Positions 40,786-44,119 of a stretch of 44,119 nucleotides of DNA are shown here, piece after piece. Both the position numbers and the translations under genes were made by a program. Source of the DNA: a virus; the IMG/VR virus record IMGVR_UViG_3300009702_000005, positions 1 to 44,119 of that record. One strand, given 5' to 3'. Under the pieces are notes generated by a model, which was given only the letters and a program-made list of their open reading frames with translations, did no database searches and had not been told where the DNA came from. Position 1 is the first letter of the stretch. Each line of letters begins with the position of its first letter.

Positions 40786-41985
40786 GTGTGGCGCAATCTT
40801 AGAGAAGCTCAGGCGAGTCGGCGACTGTATGAAGCTGCACAAGCTGACGGAACACCGAACCGATTCTTTGCAGAGCTTGCAACAGCGCTGCAAGAGGGAC
40901 AGCTTGACCGGTCAAGATTCTCAATCCGTAATACCTTTCGACAATTCGTCGAAGACGGCAACGAGATGATCGAATCTTTCTCTCCCAGAAATCAAGCTGA
41001 CGGAATGCGATTGCTTGAAGCTGGTGGAGCAGTTGATACTACCGCATTCAGCAACATTACGGGACAGTTTGTTTACTCAACTGTGCTCGAACAATTCCAG
41101 TCGCCTACGTTTATTGCTGGTGATTTGGCGCGTACTGTACCAACCGAATTCAATGGGGAGAAGATTCCCGGTGTTGGCGGGCTTGGTGATGCTACTAAGC
41201 CTATTGGAGAGGGCGAGGATTACCCGACTGCTGGCGTTGGCGAGGAGTGGATTGAAACGCCTGAAACTGATAAGCATGGCGTTATTGTGCCGGTTACGAA
41301 GTAAGCTATTTTCTTCGACCGCACAAGTCTTGTGCTTGATCGTGCTGGTAAGGTTGCAGAAGCGCTTGCTATCCGCAAAGAGAAACGTGTACTGGATGTA
41401 GCGCTTGGTATCACTACTAGCTACGTCAGAAACGGTGCTACTGCACAAGCAACATACGGTAATACGCACACCGAAGGAGACTTCGATAACCTTGTTGCTT
41501 CTAATGCGTTAGTGGATTACACTGACGTTGAAACGGCATTACTCGCGTTTGATTCGATTACCGATCCGAATACGGGTGAGCCGGTTCTGATTAGTGTTGC
41601 TGATGTGGTTGTGCCGAGTGGTTTGCTATTCACAGCCGCGCGAGTCTTTGAAGCAACTGGAATTGAACAAGGAACTATTTCCGCATCTGCGCCGCGCACC
41701 ATTGGCGGTAATCCGTTAGTTAGTCCGGCTGTGAAACGTGGTAATTCCTTTTCGATTACTACTAATCAGTACGTCGCCAACCGAACGGGTAATCAGACTA
41801 CGTGGTTTATTGGCGATTTCAAAGCTGCATTTCAATACCGTGAAAACTGGCCGGTCAGCGTAGTTCAAGCGCCGGAAAATAGTCACGACGATTTTCACCG
41901 CGATATTGTATCGCAGTTCAAAGTCTCAGAACGTGGTACTCCGGCAGTCATTGAGCCGAGAAAGGTCGTTAAGTGTACTGCCTGA
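40786..41985 (+). CDS. HK97-fold major capsid protein (Mu gpT-like organisation), about 398 aa, interrupted by an in-frame TAA at 41302..41304
   Basis: The two track ORFs (40786..41304 and 41332..41985) are in the same frame. The sequence reads GEGEDYP...TDKHGVIVPVTK*AIFFDRTSLVLDRAGKVAEALAIRKEKRVLDVALG, which is one continuous capsid strand/spine-helix pattern. ATAGGGAGAGAG leader, GTG start. Confidence 0.7.
41302..41304 (+). other. in-frame TAA inside the major capsid protein frame, at a position where related capsid proteins often have a polar or acidic residue
   Basis: gtt acg aag TAA gct att ttc ttc gac. GAA to TAA would be a single substitution. Confidence 0.9.
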
Positions 41986-42043
41986 TATAATAGGTAGTCG
42001 CTAGCATGGAACGGGGATTTCATCGGACAATAGGGAGAGAGAC

Positions 42044-42553
42044 ATGGCAAAGAGGAACAAGAACGGGCACAAACACAAAGACAAGCCTAAAACTGAATCG
42101 TCTTCCCCAGAAGACAATCAACCAGACTTGCCAGATGGGATTGAGCCAATTAACGATAGTACAGCGGTAACTGCTGTACTTGAATTGCCAGCTAAGTCTG
42201 AGCCTGAGCCTGTTGTGCATGCTAAGGCGTACATGGTCTACCCTGTAGGATCAGCGGCACAACAGGCTGGATTAGAGCCAGCACGTATTGACTACGCCTG
42301 TGATGCAAGCGAAGCTATCCGACAGTATGCGGCCGAGCATGTGGGTAGTGGGCTTTCAGCGCAACGGAGAGTAAGTGATTTCACTTACCGTGCTGTTGAA
42401 GTGCTGGATCGTAGGCCACGTACTTCTGAAGGTGCGTTACTTGCACAACTTCCTCCAAAGGAAGCGCAAGCAGTCATTGATAATAAGGAAGTATGTTACT
42501 TCAAGGACGGGTTGTTATGTCGTTGGCCGAAGGGTAAGCAAGTCAAAATCTGA
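42044..42553 (+). CDS. hypothetical head-associated protein, 169 aa
   Basis: Identical ATAGGGAGAGAG leader to the capsid gene. Basic then acidic N terminus. Confidence 0.5.
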   Translation: MAKRNKNGHKHKDKPKTESSSPEDNQPDLPDGIEPINDSTAVTAVLELPAKSEPEPVVHAKAYMVYPVGSAAQQAGLEPARIDYACDASEAIRQYAAEHVGSGLSAQRRVSDFTYRAVEVLDRRPRTSEGALLAQLPPKEAQAVIDNKEVCYFKDGLLCRWPKGKQVKI

Positions 42554-42771
42554 TGGCTACATACTACGATAATCTGCGCACTAGGCGCACAGCAATAGCC
42601 GCAGAACTTGCGGCTATTGACACAACTAAGGCAGGTGGAAAACCTAATGCCTCTGGTGTGGGGGAATCTGTAGATCATGTGGGGTACAAGACAGCGTTAT
42701 ACGCTGAGCTTGAATCAATCAACAAGGAATTGGCAAACGAACCATACGAGATAGAGACGGAAATTCTGTAG
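42553..42771 (+). CDS. hypothetical protein, 72 aa
   Basis: TGATG overlap (1 nt) with the upstream stop. Confidence 0.5.
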   Translation: MATYYDNLRTRRTAIAAELAAIDTTKAGGKPNASGVGESVDHVGYKTALYAELESINKELANEPYEIETEIL

Positions 42772-42775
42772 TGAA

Positions 42776-43141
42776 ATGGCGCTTGACCTTACAGCATTGT
42801 ACGCTAATGATTATCTCAGGTGGGATAATGTTAAGCAGCTTACAGTAACTACAGATAGGCATACTAACGAAGGGGGAGACAAATCAGACATAGTAGGCTA
42901 CTGCAAGCCTGCAACACTACAGCAATCATTAAGGGCGTTTGGTAGCATTCAAGTGTCTGGGGAAGAAATTTCTTGGATAATACCGGACGCCCTTTTGTTA
43001 AATATAGGTAGTCAAGGGTTGCGTAGTGGGGATAAGCTAACAGATTTATCGGTTACTCCGAACATCGTTTACACGATACTTAGAGCGCAGCGGGTGAATT
43101 TTGATACAGCTTGGTTGTTAATGACTATCAAGAGAAAATAG
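42776..43141 (+). CDS. head-tail connector / head closure candidate, 121 aa
   Basis: Position between the capsid and neck genes only. Confidence 0.35.
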   Translation: MALDLTALYANDYLRWDNVKQLTVTTDRHTNEGGDKSDIVGYCKPATLQQSLRAFGSIQVSGEEISWIIPDALLLNIGSQGLRSGDKLTDLSVTPNIVYTILRAQRVNFDTAWLLMTIKRK

Positions 43142-43143
43142 CT

Positions 43144-43632
43144 ATGGCGCTCACTTCACTAATCGGACAACTACTTCTGGATGTTCAATCCCAGATACAA
43201 GCGCTAGCGCTTACTGGTCTGGATTCTGCAAACGTAGTAGTGTTGCCGATACCTATGGACGATAGCTATAAGTTAGTCCCGTCACTTCCAGCCGTTGTAG
43301 TATGCCCATTTGGAATTGAGACAATTAGTGACGGAACTACTCTTAGTGATGACATAGGATACCCGATTCTGGTAGGTATTCTACAGAAGTCAAGTGTAGT
43401 AGAGGAAGCTGCTGACCCTGTTGCTGAGTTAGACAAATATCTATTTTGGCGCGAAGCTATGATAGATGACCAAATACATAACCGTGCTTCAACTAACTTA
43501 GCACCTAATACGCTTATCAATAAGCAGCTAGAACTCAATTCAATTGTGAATCTTGAATCCTACCTACAAGCTGATATGTTTATTAGTAGTTTCGTTGTTC
43601 GCTGCACGGTTCATATAGCTCGACGGACATAG
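43144..43632 (+). CDS. neck / tail terminator-like protein candidate, 162 aa
   Basis: Position. The junction ATAGCTATGG is shared with the next gene. Confidence 0.35.
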   Translation: MALTSLIGQLLLDVQSQIQALALTGLDSANVVVLPIPMDDSYKLVPSLPAVVVCPFGIETISDGTTLSDDIGYPILVGILQKSSVVEEAADPVAELDKYLFWREAMIDDQIHNRASTNLAPNTLINKQLELNSIVNLESYLQADMFISSFVVRCTVHIARRT

Positions 43633-43634
43633 CT

Positions 43635-44119
43635 ATGGGAGCGCTAACTAATGATTTAGGCACACAGATAGTTGATGGACTCAACATAGTAGTGAAGCAA
43701 CTTAGAAATGATGTGCAATCATTACAGTTTCGTGAGACATTATTATCTTTGTTGCCGACAATTCAACGGGATCACCAAACACGATTCGATAATCGAACAA
43801 GCCCAACCGGGGAGGCGTGGGAACCGTGGCATTGGACAAAGATGACCAAACAAGGGCCGTTAGAGCATCCTACGCTCGAATATAGCAAACGACTCAGAAG
43901 TAGTTTGCGCATTGGTGGGCGAGATAATGTATCGGACATAACAGTTGACGGAACTAAGACAACGCTAACATGGGGTACGGCAGTTCCGTATGCGAGGATT
44001 CATAACTTTGGAGCGCGTATAAGATTAGGCATTCCGTTAGTTAGTCGGGATGGAAAAGGATACCTACCGATAGGGACAATCATACACATTCCCCAGAGAG
44101 AGTTTATTGGGTTGTCAGA
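43635..44119 (+). CDS. Mu gpG-like virion morphogenesis / tail completion protein, 5' part. It continues across the terminal repeat to 187, giving 182 aa in total.
   Basis: FDNRTSPTGEAWEPW ... TWGTAVPYARIHNFGARI ... IPQREFIGLS matches the family pattern (W.pl ... YA..hqfG ... ipaRpFlGl). Confidence 0.75.
   Translation, partial: MGALTNDLGTQIVDGLNIVVKQLRNDVQSLQFRETLLSLLPTIQRDHQTRFDNRTSPTGEAWEPWHWTKMTKQGPLEHPTLEYSKRLRSSLRIGGRDNVSDITVDGTKTTLTWGTAVPYARIHNFGARIRLGIPLVSRDGKGYLPIGTIIHIPQREFIGLS
43997..44119. repeat. 123-bp direct terminal repeat, identical to 1..123
   Basis: See the first feature. Confidence 0.95.

Overview
The window is a complete genome of a tailed dsDNA phage with siphovirus-like gene order. 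Positions 1..123 are identical to 43997..44119, so the unique length is about 43,996 bp, and one ORF (43635..end) continues across the junction to a stop at 185..187. Every credible gene is on the + strand; the long minus-strand ORFs look like shadows. Module order: neck and tail (tail tube candidate, chaperone with a canonical G_GGA_AAC -1 frameshift, tape measure, four tail-tip proteins, an 824-aa multi-domain glycosyltransferase) up to a terminator at 10.8 kb. Next comes a GC-richer, ATA-codon-poor block of small, mostly unknown genes (10.85 to about 17.2 kb). It holds an orphan beta-class DNA methyltransferase with its own near-consensus promoter, a DUF932-like protein, and acidic proteins including one with (GK)8 and a poly-Asp tail. 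A terminator and promoter pair at 16.9 kb leads into the replication and recombination module: SNF2 helicase, RuvC-like resolvase, PD-(D/E)XK exonuclease, a CsrA-like protein, Sak4-like ATPase, SSB-like protein, family A DNA polymerase, tRNA-Ile(UAU), SNase-like nuclease, MazG-like protein, primase-helicase and an RHH protein. A membrane and secreted-protein block follows (29.2 to 32.4 kb) with a trypsin-like protease and no endolysin I can recognise. Last is the packaging and head module: terS, terL, a portal fused to a ~580-aa extension, a MuF-like protein, scaffold, a structural protein and an HK97-fold major capsid protein. The most unusual observations: (1) in-frame stop codons interrupt two otherwise intact conserved genes (TAA in the major capsid gene, TGA in the secreted serine protease); (2) the portal carries a GNAT-like domain bracketed by a duplicated Cys/Gly-rich motif that is also a 56-nt DNA repeat; (3) the genome is a codon-usage mosaic whose junctions appear to fall inside genes; (4) the early block has a repeated GAAAGGTAGGTG gene junction and candidate anti-defence proteins. 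I found no integrase, repressor, CRISPR array or transposase. All family calls rest on motif recognition by eye, with no database search.
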